A stretch of 64,000 bases of DNA. It comes from a virus. Where the stretch lies: IMG/VR virus record IMGVR_UViG_3300034101_003479, positions 21,871-85,870 of that record. One strand, given 5' to 3'. This document shows, piece after piece, positions 28,090 to 40,100 of this stretch. A program made the translations under genes and the position numbers. Under the pieces are notes generated by a model that saw only the letters and a list, made by a program, of their open reading frames with translations, did not search any database and had not been told where the DNA came from. Every line of letters starts with the position of its first letter. Positions within the stretch are counted from its first letter, which is position 1.

Positions 28090-29160
28090 TTAGATATTCC
28101 ACTCCAAGTCTAACTTATATTCAATATCTAATGATCTTCCAGCTATTTTCTGTATGCCATAAAAATTTCCAATTCCAGAAACTGTTGCTGTATTATTTTT
28201 TGAAAGGGTTATTGTGTAGTCAGATATGCTTACTATTTCTGCCCCTGAAGCAATTCCATTCCCAGAGACTGGCTGACCTATAAACAAGTTTGTAGCAGAG
28301 CCTACGGTTATAGTGTTTTGGCCAGAAGTACCAGAAATCTCAGAATTTGTAATAACTAAAGATCTGCTAATTAATCCAAAAATTGGGTCGAATGTGTCTT
28401 CATCATTAATTCTTAACCCATCAAAACCTACAGAAGATATTGTAGATCCAATTGGTTCTATTGTAATTCCTATTTTATTTATACTTGATTTGTCAGGAGC
28501 TGGAGAAGTAGCTCCATTAAATATTTCTGACATCGGTATATCCAGTGTCATTTTATGTCCTGTGCCAGACTCTGGTGTGATTGTTTTTAAAAACCATCTG
28601 TCGTCTGAGCTGTAAAATTTAATTTTAATTGAATTAAGATTTTCATCTTTTTTATAGTAAGCTAATTTAAGTGTATCGTTAACGCTATATCCTGATAAAT
28701 CTAAATTTTCAATACTATATATATACTCATTAGAGCCTCCTTGTAGTGACTGCATCAGGAGTAGTGTGTTCCCTATTCTTGAATTTGACGTTAGGTAGTC
28801 TGCTTTAAAGCCTTCTTCATCTGTCCACTCTAAATAAGATTCAAAATCTGTTATAAACTTGCTGTCAAAATTATTAATAGAAGATCTTGTAGATGGGTAA
28901 AGACCCATTTCGTTGATACGTCCTTCTACATCTTGTGGTATTGTTGTTTTAAATATAACAGAATATGTTGTGACATCATCATTGGTCTGTATATCGGTTG
29001 TTCCAAATATTACTGGGGCCCTGTAGAATTCGAATCCTAATCTAGTATTGTTTTCTGACTCCTGAGAATAATCTATACCGATAGCAATGTCTTTATTTAA
29101 GTTAGGGACATTTCCAGATATTTGATTTGTTAAAAATCTTTTTCCAAATTTTGTTATCAT
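28090..29160 (-). CDS. minor tail / baseplate protein
   Basis: MITKFGKRFL...IAIG...LGFEFYR; position in the tail module. Confidence 0.55.
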   Translation of the reverse strand: MITKFGKRFLTNQISGNVPNLNKDIAIGIDYSQESENNTRLGFEFYRAPVIFGTTDIQTNDDVTTYSVIFKTTIPQDVEGRINEMGLYPSTRSSINNFDSKFITDFESYLEWTDEEGFKADYLTSNSRIGNTLLLMQSLQGGSNEYIYSIENLDLSGYSVNDTLKLAYYKKDENLNSIKIKFYSSDDRWFLKTITPESGTGHKMTLDIPMSEIFNGATSPAPDKSSINKIGITIEPIGSTISSVGFDGLRINDEDTFDPIFGLISRSLVITNSEISGTSGQNTITVGSATNLFIGQPVSGNGIASGAEIVSISDYTITLSKNNTATVSGIGNFYGIQKIAGRSLDIEYKLDLEWNI

Positions 29161-29172
29161 TTTTTTCTCCTA

Positions 29173-29973
29173 TTAAAGTGGCGTTGAGTATGCAGACCTA
29201 TATGTTTGTCCGTTTACTCCAACTACCACTGTTCTTACTCTTAGCCACCTAGGAGATGAAGTTGATGCAGTATCTCCATTTCTTGAGCTAACTCTATATT
29301 TTCTCATATAACTACTAGTTCCAATTTGATAATTTCCAGAAGATGGGTATGCAATAGTTCCACTACTTAAAGCAGGTGCGGTTGGAGAATTAGTTGAACT
29401 AACTATCCACTCATAGGAAACTGAGGAGTTTGTGCCAAATCCAGAAGCATCATTCCATCCCCAGGATATTGTATTCCCATCTCGCTTAAATACAACATTG
29501 GGTTTTGTTGGGGTTGGCTCTACAAAACTAACCGATGACAATGTTTGGGTTGATATCACCTGGACCTGAGATGTTAAATTAAAAATTCTTGCATCTATGC
29601 CAGAAACATTTGTTGGATTATCACTAGAGTTTCTAATTTTGATTAGCGCTCTTACCTTTTGCGCTTTTGATACTGGGTCATAGTAGGGTTCGTAAACTAT
29701 GCTTTCAATATCGGTTAATGACGGTATGTCTAAAGATTCTCCAACTACTGGCGGTGTTTCTGTTTCTTGTTCTTTAGGTATACCAATAACTGTTGATGTG
29801 CTTGATGCGGAATATAAGTTTGAATTTAAGTATCTTGAATAATCAATGGACCCAGCTTTTATTGCAATATAATCACTTGGGTGCAAATGCAATGAGTCTG
29901 GGTGGTCTAACGGGAGGGCAATTACTGCTCCTCTTGTTAGATCTTTGACGTCTATTCTTTTTGACTTAGCCAT
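29173..29973 (-). CDS. minor tail protein with C-terminal FN3-like domain
   Basis: C-terminus homologous to the C-terminus of 23038..26016. Confidence 0.55.
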   Translation of the reverse strand: MAKSKRIDVKDLTRGAVIALPLDHPDSLHLHPSDYIAIKAGSIDYSRYLNSNLYSASSTSTVIGIPKEQETETPPVVGESLDIPSLTDIESIVYEPYYDPVSKAQKVRALIKIRNSSDNPTNVSGIDARIFNLTSQVQVISTQTLSSVSFVEPTPTKPNVVFKRDGNTISWGWNDASGFGTNSSVSYEWIVSSTNSPTAPALSSGTIAYPSSGNYQIGTSSYMRKYRVSSRNGDTASTSSPRWLRVRTVVVGVNGQTYRSAYSTPL

Positions 29974-29993
29974 ATTTTTATTATACCATTTAA

Positions 29994-31703
29994 CTATAAA
30001 GTTCTACAGGTAATTTGGGTCTCCAATCCGCCAGAATAAGAGTGTGTTACATTTGTTACTATAAAACTTTCAGTTCCTGCTAAGCCATAGTAAGAGTACT
30101 TTATTCCAACTATATCGCCTACAGAAATAAGAGGGTTTCCAAATATTGACATTGTTATAAGCTTGCCTTTATTTACAACATTACTTTTAATCCATTGGGC
30201 CAAGCTTTTTACATCAGCCTCATTTTGAAGCCACATAGACTGAAAAATAATTGGCTCAACTGTTGTGTATTCATTTAATCCTTCAGTTTTATATTCAAGG
30301 TCTCCAGAGCTTCCAAGAGTATTTCCATAGATGTAAAGGCTTGCTTCTAGACCATTAGATACTGGGATGCTGGTAGAAGTATTGTTTAATATGAATGCTT
30401 GAGCGCCAAAGTTAGAAACCTTTTGACCAATAATGTTTGCATATTTATTTATACCAGTACTCCATTTAATTGGGTAAGATGGCCTTGAATCGTATTTTAT
30501 ATCAACCTTTAATATCTCTCTTACAACAGTTCCAAATTCATCAAGGGCGGTTAATTTTTTATTTGCAAGAGATATTTCATCTTGTGAATAATTTGACATG
30601 TACGATAAATCACCAAAAGATGTATTTACTAAATCGTTTCCAAATTGACCTTGATAAAAATTTAAATCAAAAGTAGAGTCTGCATACTGGTAGTCTTTAA
30701 GTTCATTTCCGTATACGTAATCAAATGCCACCTCGCCTCTTCCGCATAGAACGGCTACTCTATTTGTTGGTGCAAGAATAGATGTTTCTGGTAGCGCAAC
30801 GGCACCGCTCTTTCTTACCGTGGAGTCCTGGTAGCTAATTTTATAACCATTAATGTATGCATCTATATTAACAGTTCTGTTTTGTATTTTTACCTTGACA
30901 TCAATATTATAAATTCGTCCTCCGTATATTCCTTCTACGGTAGACTCTGTTCTTGTTCCCATTTCTTTTAATGGCTTTATTTTGTTTCCAACAAATTTAA
31001 CAATTCTTACGGATTTTTTATCTAATGCTGCGGATGAGGAGGTCGATTCAATAATAATATAGTATCCAGTTTGACCTAAATTGTCTACAAAAAACCCAAG
31101 CCCTCCCATTTGCTTTGGGTTGTCAACCATATTATCTAACACTAAACTTGTTCCATATGAAAAATATCCAACATTATATTCGTTTCCATTAGTTCTAGAA
31201 ACACTTTTTGTTGATGGAACAACAATGGCTGGGAACTCTCTGTGGGCTATAGCATATCTTTTTGCTAAATAGTCTTGCTCTGTAACAGAAAGAGCCATGT
31301 AAGATTTTGCAACTTTAAAATCTTTTGATTTTTTAGAAAGTGTTTGTATTTGAATTCCGTCTTTTGGCATTGTATAATTTAGTTGTTGTACGCCATACCC
31401 CATATTTGAATTTAAGTATGGAACTACTTGAAAATCATATGTCGCTCCCATTATTAAATTATCAACAATAAATGGATCAGAGGTTTTGCTTAATGTAACC
31501 TCTGGAGAAGATGGGTCGTTTACCCACGCACCATTAGATAATATTTTTTTCTGTACGTATATACTATACGAAGTTGGCTCTACAGACCAGTTATACGTAT
31601 CTATATTTATTTCTACCGAGGTGTTAGAGATTGGCTTTATCACTAAATTTGTAATAAAGGTTAGCTGCGTATAGGTCCCTCCGATTGGAAATATATCACG
31701 CAT
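29994..31703 (-). CDS. minor tail protein (hub/Tal-like C-terminal part)
   Basis: FN3-like start; C-terminal IFGNPLISVGDIV...VTNVTHSY typical of tail hub proteins. Confidence 0.6.
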   Translation of the reverse strand: MRDIFPIGGTYTQLTFITNLVIKPISNTSVEINIDTYNWSVEPTSYSIYVQKKILSNGAWVNDPSSPEVTLSKTSDPFIVDNLIMGATYDFQVVPYLNSNMGYGVQQLNYTMPKDGIQIQTLSKKSKDFKVAKSYMALSVTEQDYLAKRYAIAHREFPAIVVPSTKSVSRTNGNEYNVGYFSYGTSLVLDNMVDNPKQMGGLGFFVDNLGQTGYYIIIESTSSSAALDKKSVRIVKFVGNKIKPLKEMGTRTESTVEGIYGGRIYNIDVKVKIQNRTVNIDAYINGYKISYQDSTVRKSGAVALPETSILAPTNRVAVLCGRGEVAFDYVYGNELKDYQYADSTFDLNFYQGQFGNDLVNTSFGDLSYMSNYSQDEISLANKKLTALDEFGTVVREILKVDIKYDSRPSYPIKWSTGINKYANIIGQKVSNFGAQAFILNNTSTSIPVSNGLEASLYIYGNTLGSSGDLEYKTEGLNEYTTVEPIIFQSMWLQNEADVKSLAQWIKSNVVNKGKLITMSIFGNPLISVGDIVGIKYSYYGLAGTESFIVTNVTHSYSGGLETQITCRTL

Positions 31704-33720
31704 TTTGAGTCACCAAAGATCCAGTCCAAAGGTATTCTGTTGACGGAACACCGCTAGCATTGTGTGATGCGGCTGTGGTTCCTAGAGCCCCTCTTGTCTT
31801 AACCCTATATACGCCATTTGGCTTAAAGTATATTTCTGAATTTATTCCAGAGGATCCAACCTTTGAAAAGTTTCTATATTTATTTACGTCAGCAGAATTT
31901 TCTATCCATATGTTTATAAAGTTTGATCCATTATTTAAAACGTTTGTTTCTGTTAGTGCGTCATATATTGTTGATGGCGTCAAATCTTTTGGAATGTACT
32001 GATATCCTATTGCGTCAAATTCTATAATCTCTGAATCTATCATAAAATAGCCGTTAAAATTAAAACCAGATTGAAATTTGCTGTACTTGTCTGGGGTTTC
32101 TAAATCTAGGTATATCTTGTTGCTTGAAGCCGTTAGTGTTTCTTTTAGCCCGCCTGCAATTAAATATGAAGTTGGAGACTGCCAAAGAGGGCCAGACCCT
32201 CCCATATAACTTGAAGATATTGGAGTAGACCAAAGAATCTTTACCTGATTTGCTGAGGCTATATCTTTTTGGTTAAAGTCTACAATGTTTGGTAAATTAC
32301 TTTCGCTTTGATCGTAGAAAAAATTCCAATTCTTATCAGTTCTTGAATACATATAATTTCTGCTATAGAATTGCAATACATTATTCTCATCGATAACCGC
32401 ATTCATTTGTATGTCTCTGCAAAGCTCTTGAATGTGCTCCCAAACTGTCTTGCTGCCGTCTGTCCAAAAATAATTAATAAGCGGGATTGATGAATCTGTT
32501 TCCGATGTGAGGTTGAAGGCATAGTTTGTAAACCCTACAGAGTCTAGCAACCTTCTTAATACTGCTGTTGCTGGGTATGATTCGCATAGCATGTCTGGGG
32601 CTATGGTCTCCATTAAATACTTTGTGTTGTCTAGTGCAGTTAATGTAGTTTCACCATAGCTGTCTATGTCCCAGCTGTCTACATAGTATTGACCCTGAAA
32701 CACCTTATCGTATTTTTCAGATCCTTCTGTGTGCGTTCCGCCTGCATGGTATATCTTAAAGTATGGGCTCAATACAACATTTTTATATATATAAGTAAGA
32801 GAATTTAACATGGCTACATCTCTATTATATGAAACATACTCTGGGGAAGACTGGTTATATTTTGCTAAATTTAAATTTAAAGAGTTTGCAGTTACTTTTC
32901 CTACTGGAAGAATGTCTTCGGAAGATGCTGAGGACTCTTTATTTATTGTAAATGACACCACATCTTCTGATATATCTTTTACCCATCTTGCTGAAATCTC
33001 TATAACTCCAATTATTTTCCCAGCGCCTGCGCTTGGAGTTGTTAGAGTAATTGATTTAATTAAAAGTGGGGAAGCAAATGCGCTTGGTTCTGTGGAAGAC
33101 CATGCGGATCCATTGTAATGCAATACGACATTTCCATCAGACGGAACACTTAATGCGCTTGCAATTGTTACTTGAGTGTTATCAGACTTTGTTATAACTA
33201 ATGTGTAGTTTGATGGCAAGGTGTGATTTTTTTCAAACTTTAAAACAATTTTATTTGTAAGGGCGTATTTAGTTCCAGATGTTGCATAATTTATTGTTAC
33301 ATTTGCACCAGTGTTTATTGGAGTAACCCAATATTTATAAAATGTTTCTACCCCTGGATAATATATTCTAGGCTGTGAGTCTGGGTATTTTACTGACCTA
33401 TATGATGAAAATGAATTTGTATAGGTGTCGGCATCTGCTAGGATAAAATATTTTATTCCAGAGTTAATTGGCCTAAAAGGTTTTATTAAAGAATCAACTG
33501 GAAATAGTTTTTTATATGGGTTAGGTCTTCCAGATGGCCATGCTGGCTGATTTACCGAATTAACTATTTGACCAGTATACGATGAATCCGCAATATTATT
33601 AACAGCAGAAATGTTATCAAGCATGTTGTTCATATTATATTCAATATTGCACCCAGCACTTATCTTAATGCTAGTATTATTATAAAGAGTGTTCTTTAGA
33701 TTAGTTGAAGCATTTATCAT
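31696..33720 (-). CDS. minor tail protein (hub/Tal-like N-terminal part)
   Basis: GQYYVDSWDI...TVWEHIQELCRDIQMNAVIDENNVLQF; follows the distal tail gene. Confidence 0.6.
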   Translation of the reverse strand: MINASTNLKNTLYNNTSIKISAGCNIEYNMNNMLDNISAVNNIADSSYTGQIVNSVNQPAWPSGRPNPYKKLFPVDSLIKPFRPINSGIKYFILADADTYTNSFSSYRSVKYPDSQPRIYYPGVETFYKYWVTPINTGANVTINYATSGTKYALTNKIVLKFEKNHTLPSNYTLVITKSDNTQVTIASALSVPSDGNVVLHYNGSAWSSTEPSAFASPLLIKSITLTTPSAGAGKIIGVIEISARWVKDISEDVVSFTINKESSASSEDILPVGKVTANSLNLNLAKYNQSSPEYVSYNRDVAMLNSLTYIYKNVVLSPYFKIYHAGGTHTEGSEKYDKVFQGQYYVDSWDIDSYGETTLTALDNTKYLMETIAPDMLCESYPATAVLRRLLDSVGFTNYAFNLTSETDSSIPLINYFWTDGSKTVWEHIQELCRDIQMNAVIDENNVLQFYSRNYMYSRTDKNWNFFYDQSESNLPNIVDFNQKDIASANQVKILWSTPISSSYMGGSGPLWQSPTSYLIAGGLKETLTASSNKIYLDLETPDKYSKFQSGFNFNGYFMIDSEIIEFDAIGYQYIPKDLTPSTIYDALTETNVLNNGSNFINIWIENSADVNKYRNFSKVGSSGINSEIYFKPNGVYRVKTRGALGTTAASHNASGVPSTEYLWTGSLVTQNA

Positions 33721-33721
33721 T

Positions 33722-34195
33722 TTATACCTGTACCATTGTTATTGATACATTCCAAAATGGCTGTGCGCCTCTTTTTAAAACTGTAAAGTTGCAATTTGCA
33801 AAGACTACTGTATAGGATTCGTAGTTTGCTGACTCCTGGTTGGTTCCGTCTTTTGCCAGATTTACTCTAATATTAAAAGCTGACTGACCTTCTGCGCTAT
33901 TATAAAATGCTCTTAAGTCTTCTGCTCCCCAAGCTCCATCTACCGTAAATGTTCTATATGATGGTAGCATATCCCAAGATAGAGTAAATGTTTTCTTATC
34001 TGCAACAAAAAATTTTCTTAGCGTTCCATTTGCCATTCTCTGTTGCTTTTCTATACGCTCATTACTTATATCAAATTGAGATCTATTATGCTCTGAGACC
34101 TTGTTGTATTTTAATGAGCCATCCCCGCCATTAGCAGATGCGTCGTAGCCTTGAATTTGAAGAATGGATCCTCTAGGCATTTTCACTATACTCAT
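33722..34195 (-). CDS. distal tail protein-like
   Basis: RMANGTLRKFFVADKKTFTLSWDML; directly after the tape measure gene. Confidence 0.6.
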   Translation of the reverse strand: MSIVKMPRGSILQIQGYDASANGGDGSLKYNKVSEHNRSQFDISNERIEKQQRMANGTLRKFFVADKKTFTLSWDMLPSYRTFTVDGAWGAEDLRAFYNSAEGQSAFNIRVNLAKDGTNQESANYESYTVVFANCNFTVLKRGAQPFWNVSITMVQV

Positions 34196-37100
34196 ACTGT
34201 TCTGCTCCTTCCAGAGGCTATTTCTCTCATTTTCATTTCTCTATGTATTGCTCTTGCTACGTCGTTTGCATCAAGATTTGACCCATTAAGCGTAACATTT
34301 ATATTATACATTGATCCGCCGCTTGTGGCTAGTCCACCATCTGCATAAGGCATTCTTGTTACTGGTCCGCCCATTGCGTATTTTTTATTATTAAATGCAT
34401 TAAATGTTTGAACACCATATTTTTTAACAGAGTCTGCGTTTATTACATATTCTCCATTTGAAAGCATAGCTGGGATGGAGTCAGATGTCGCTGTGCCAGC
34501 TCCTGAGATGTACCCGCCAAGCGCCTTATTAACAACCTGAACTTGTCCAGATCTATCTACGTTTCCAGAAATTTTATATTCTTTTCCATCTATTGTAATT
34601 ACAGTTCCAGGCGTCAATTTAAATCCAGCTGCTGTTACTTCCTGTGCTGAGACGCTTTTAGTTACAATTGCTCCCCTGCTAGTATAACTTGTACTTGTAT
34701 TAAGCTTAATGTCCTGTCCTGGGTTAAACTTTGTTTTAGTAAAGAATTTAAGTAGTGCAGCATCATTTGTTTTCAACTCTTTATTTTGATTTATTACGTC
34801 TGCAAATGCAGATTTACCAATTCCTTCTATACCAAATGATCCTGGTCTTAGTCCGTCCTTGAAGGGTATATTCGGACCAACGCCACCAATTGCATTTGCT
34901 TCTTTAGTAAAGCCAAGTTTTCTTAATTGAGTTTGCAGATTTGCTACTTCTTTATAATTAACATCTCCATTTGCAGCATTTAATGTTGTAGATACCAAAT
35001 TATTTAATGTTATTTGTAGGTCTGCAGCTTTCTTCAAGGAGGCATCTGCTGCAGCGGTGGCTTTTTCAACTGCCTTTTGAGATCCTTCTATCTTCTTTTG
35101 TAGGCCCTCAATAATTAGCTCTTGTGCCTTTACGTCGGCTTCTTCTTTATCTCTGATGGCTTCTACGGCAAGATCTTTTTGTCTAGATGAGTTTAGTAAT
35201 TTAATATCTATCTGTGACTGCGCTGCTCCTGCCATATCCCCAGAAGCAAGTTTTTCTTGGTACTGAATCTGTAGCTTTTGGATTTGAAGGTTATAGTCTT
35301 CTGCGTCATTCTGTCTATTTAATGCTTCTACCTTAGCGTCTGCTTGCTCTTTTATTTGATCAATTATCTTTTGATGTTTTTTAATTTGAGCATCTAAATC
35401 TTTTTGAACATTCTGTTGTGTCTTTATTGCTTTCTGTGACGTACCAGCTTCAGTTAATCTTTTTATTTCATCAGATATGCCTTTAAATTTCCCGCCAATT
35501 AAATTTTGAGTTGCAAGGTTTACTGCCTTCGCTGCAAGTCCTGCCATTTCTGAATTCATAGACTTAAGATCAATATCTATACCGCTTAAATACAATTTCA
35601 TTTTTGCATACGCACCAGCAACCGTGTCTGCCTCATTAACAATAAGACCCATTATTGCATTTTGCTTAGACAAAGCCTCTACTCCTTGTTTTTCTAATTG
35701 AAGATTTCCAAGACGTGTTCCGCTAATTGATTTTAATGTTTCATCAAATGCCTCTCCACTTGTCACCAATTGACCTTGAGCATTTTTTGTTCCAACAAGA
35801 GCCTTTTCAGCTTCTTGCAAAGATGTTATGACTGTATCAAATGATATCGCTAATTGATCAGTATTTCCTTCTTTTAATAAAGCATTAAACACCTTAACCG
35901 ATTGAATTGCAGCTGTTGACTTATCCTTAATGCTAGCAAATCCCTCATTGGCTATTGCTTGTACTGCTAGGTTTGCTTTATTAGAAACAGAAACCATTGC
36001 GTATATCTTTTTGGTTGCTTCTTCTGCACTCATTCCGCCTGCAACAAATTGTGCCTTTAACTGCTGTGCTTTTATTATAACTTCTTTAGGGCTTGCCTTA
36101 TCAAACATCTTTACATAGTCTGGGAAGTCCTTGCGTACTGTTTCTTTTAACTCTGACAGCTGCTTAATTGTTAAGTTTAGTCCAGCCACACCAGAATTTT
36201 GTGTTGCAGCATAGAACTCTTCTATTTTTGCTTTAGTTAATTTTGTTTGGTCAGCAAAGTCTTTCATTTGCTCTGTCAATGAATTGTATTTAATGCCAAG
36301 CCTTTGTGCAGACTCTTCTGTAGGGCCAAATGCTAAATTAATTATCTTACGATGTTCATTAATTTTATCGTTAACAGTTTTAACGGCTGCGCCTACAGCT
36401 AATACAGCTCCAAGCAATTTAACTGGGCCTGGTAGCAATGTTACAGCTTTTATTGCGTTCTTAAATCTATCTAGTTTTGGTATAGATTCGTCTGCAGACT
36501 TTCCTGTTCGCATCATCATTGCAGGGACAGCCATAGAGCCAGCTATTCCACCAATCATTCCACCAATATCTCCGCCAACCATTGACCCTAGTGCTTGTCC
36601 GCCCATCCATCCAGCAGTTCCACCAACCATTTGTCCAACCATGCCACCCATAGCATATTTTCTTGGTGCTGGTCCTCCTGGAATCATTCCTCCATTTTTA
36701 TATCCACGCATCCACTTTTGTCTTAAAGCTATTGATCTTGGATCTGGTGCCACGTATCTTGGGTTAGCCCAACCCTTCGCCAACTTTTGCAATGGCATAT
36801 TTAAAAATGTTTTTCTTCCGTGGGCATTTATTGAATATTTATCTGGATGTATACCTCTTGCTGCAGTGTTGTAAGGCATTCCTCCAAATGGTAAAGATGC
36901 TCCAACGTGACCTCGTTCTGCTCCAAAAATTGATTTAAATGTTTTCCCTCTGCCAAATGCTGGAGTTGCTTTTCTTTGATCCTCTGGGTAAAGCTCTTGC
37001 ATTCTTTCAAAATGTTTACCTGCCATAGAATCTGCTGGTATTCCGCCACCAGTTGAAACAAATGGTTGTGCTACCTTTTGTCCATCAAAACCAATATTTC

Positions 37101-40100
37101 TTACGCTGCCCTTTAATACACCTTTATTTTTTGCATTTCTCTTAAATCCTAGTGAGCCAATCTCTTCTGTTAAAGAAACTCTTCTTCCTTTTGCAGCACT
37201 CATTCTGGTAACTCTTTGTAGATGCCTGTGCATTATCTTAGAAACAATTTGATCGTATTGTTTTGGAGTGATATTTCCAGACTTCATTAAAGTCTCTCTT
37301 ATTTCTTTTTCCATTGGGTTTATTGCAAACTGTAAATCTTTTGAAGAATAGCCTAGCTGTGATCCTATTTCATAAAGAATTCCGCCTGGATGTACGCCAG
37401 ATCTACGCATTTGTCTAAAATCGTCTGCAAACATTTTGCCAGGAATTGTGTTTCCAGTTGTTAATGGTGTGTCAAGATTTAAAGACTTTCTTCTTCCAGC
37501 TTGATCTGGGTGGGCCAGTATTGCATTCATCTTGCTACCTTGCCATAACATTGTTGCTGGTAAGAATCCGCCTTCTGCATAATTGCCATCTTGATTTCCC
37601 ATGCCACCGTTAATTGCTGCAAGCAGTGGCAGATTTTCTCTGGTTGCTTTTGCGTTAACTATAAACTCTCCAGCAGAAGCCATAATTGGAATTGAGTCAG
37701 ATGTTCCAGTGCCTGGTCCATAAATTTTTCCACCAGCTGCAAACTTTTTAGGCATTGTGGTTTCTGTAGAATATCCACCACCCCAAGTTCGTACACCAAG
37801 ACCTCTTGCTATCTTATCAATAATTCCAGAAGCTGCTCTTTTTGGTCTAAATATTTCTTTAATGTTTGACTTTCCTGTGCTGCTTACAATTGGTTGATCT
37901 ACTAATGGAACTTGAGTTAGGTTGGCAGTTCTTCCAAGGCTAGTAGCAACCTGTGTGGTTGTTTGCCCCATCATTCTTTCTAACTCTGCGTTAATTGCAA
38001 TAATTTTTGTGCGAGCTGCATCTACTGTTAATTTACCTGCTTGCAACTCTGCAACAATTGCAGCAGATTGTGATGCTGCATTACTTGTCAATTTTGTCAT
38101 AGCTGGAAGCAACTGTCCGAATGTGCTATTTATTTCTGCGCTAAATGTTCCTGTTCTAGCAATTTCTTTCTTTAAATCTGCAACTTCTTTCTTGGACATC
38201 ATAGATAGTGTTCCCATTAATGCATGCCACTTGGCAGCTTCTCCAGCAACAATACCAGTTGAAACTCCCTTAGATGTCGTTAGACCTTCAATTCTTGGAA
38301 GATCTCCATCCATAAATACTTGTGGCACCGCTCCTATTTTTTGGTTTAATGGAATTGGTGCTGGTGTGAATGAGTGTATAGTTTGTGAATCTCTTTGTCC
38401 TTGAGTCATTAATGATCTTGGATTGTGGTGAGCCGCTGCTCTTGTTCCCTGCGCTCCAATTAGTGGGTGAGATGAATTAACGCCTCTTCCTGCTGCATCC
38501 ATAACTATAGTTCCACCGCTTGAAACAACTGGGTTCACCGATATAGCAGCGGACATTGCTTTTTGTTCTAGGTTTGCAAACTCGGCAGCTAGTGTTGCTA
38601 TTGATTGCTTTAATACTGATGCTGCCTTTGCATCGCTATAAAATGTTTGCTCTACTAAATTTCCTGCTTTTTGTGCAGCTAAAATTTCTGGTGTGAGTAG
38701 CTTCCAGCCTTCTCCACCTTTAAATAATGCTCTAAAGTGAGAAGCACCTTTTATTATATATCCAAAAAAGTTTCCAAGAACACCAGTTAACATAATTAAT
38801 GGTCCAGCTGCTGCTGTTATCATACCCAAAAATCCAAGTGCTTGTTTAATTGGATTTGGAAGAGATTGTACAAAGTTAAGTATTCCATTTACAAATTGAA
38901 TTAAAGTGGTATTGATCTTTAGGAACTGCTCTCCAATTCCAGCAAGATCTGCTTTTAATCCCTCTACCGCTCTTTTATATTTACCAGAAGCTGACTCTGT
39001 AACCTGAGCTAATTCTCGACCAGCTAAATCTGTTAACTCTTCTGAGCTGGCTTTCATTAGATCCATTACTTGAAGCGTTTGGCTACCTTGTTTTCCAAGA
39101 TTTTCAAAAAGAGCATTCATTCTAGCAAACTGGAACTTACCAAATAGTTGCTCTAAAGCCTGTTGCTTTTGTAGTGGGTTTAAGGTTTCTAAAGCAGACT
39201 GTAAATCTAAAATTGTTGCTGTAGTGTCGCCAGCATTTCTTTGAACAATATCTGTTAATGAAATACCAAATCCTTCAAACATTCCTTTTGCAACCTTTGT
39301 TGGATTAATTAAAGAAGCTAGACCAGATTTTAATGCGTTTGCACCTTCTGATGCGTTAATTCCACCTTCTCTCATTGCGGTTAAATAAAGAGCAAGATCT
39401 TTTACGTCTCCGCCAAGACCCTTAACAATTGGACCTGCTTTTGGAATTGCTTCTACTAAGTCATTTAGTGTTGTAGAGGTTTGGTTTTCTACTGCGTTTA
39501 AAAAGTTAATTGATTGAGATAGTTCTTCTGTATTTTGTTTAAATGCTGTTTGTATTGCAAGAGTTGCTTTCATTGCATCTTGTCTGTCAACTTCACCAAG
39601 CACTGCAAGTCTTGTTGTTTCTCTAATTGAACCAAGAAGTTCATTGCCTTGTTTTCCAGTTGCTGCGATATCTGCTGCAAGTGCAATAGTTTCTGAGAAA
39701 GATGATCCATAAGATCTGGCAAGGTCTGCTGCGGTGTCGCTTACATCTTTTCGTACTTTACCAAGCTCTTGTGTTGAAACGGCAGACAGTCCGCCGTAAA
39801 CCTTTGTTAATCTAACTAATTGTTGATCTGCTTCTTTAAATGCATCAGCTGCAGCTTTACCAAATGCTGCCAGTGGAACTGTTAATCCTACTGTTAACTG
39901 ACGACCCGCCCACTGTGTGTTTTTACCCCAGTTAATTAATTGATTTGCACCCTCTTGAATGACCTTATTCATGATCATTAATTCTTGCTTTGCAATAGCA
40001 GTTTTATTCTTTACTAGATCAAGACCTCTTGGGATATGCACATTGTATTGCATTAATCCTTCGGCATTTCTTCCTAAAGGCTGTAGTATAGAGTTTTGTA

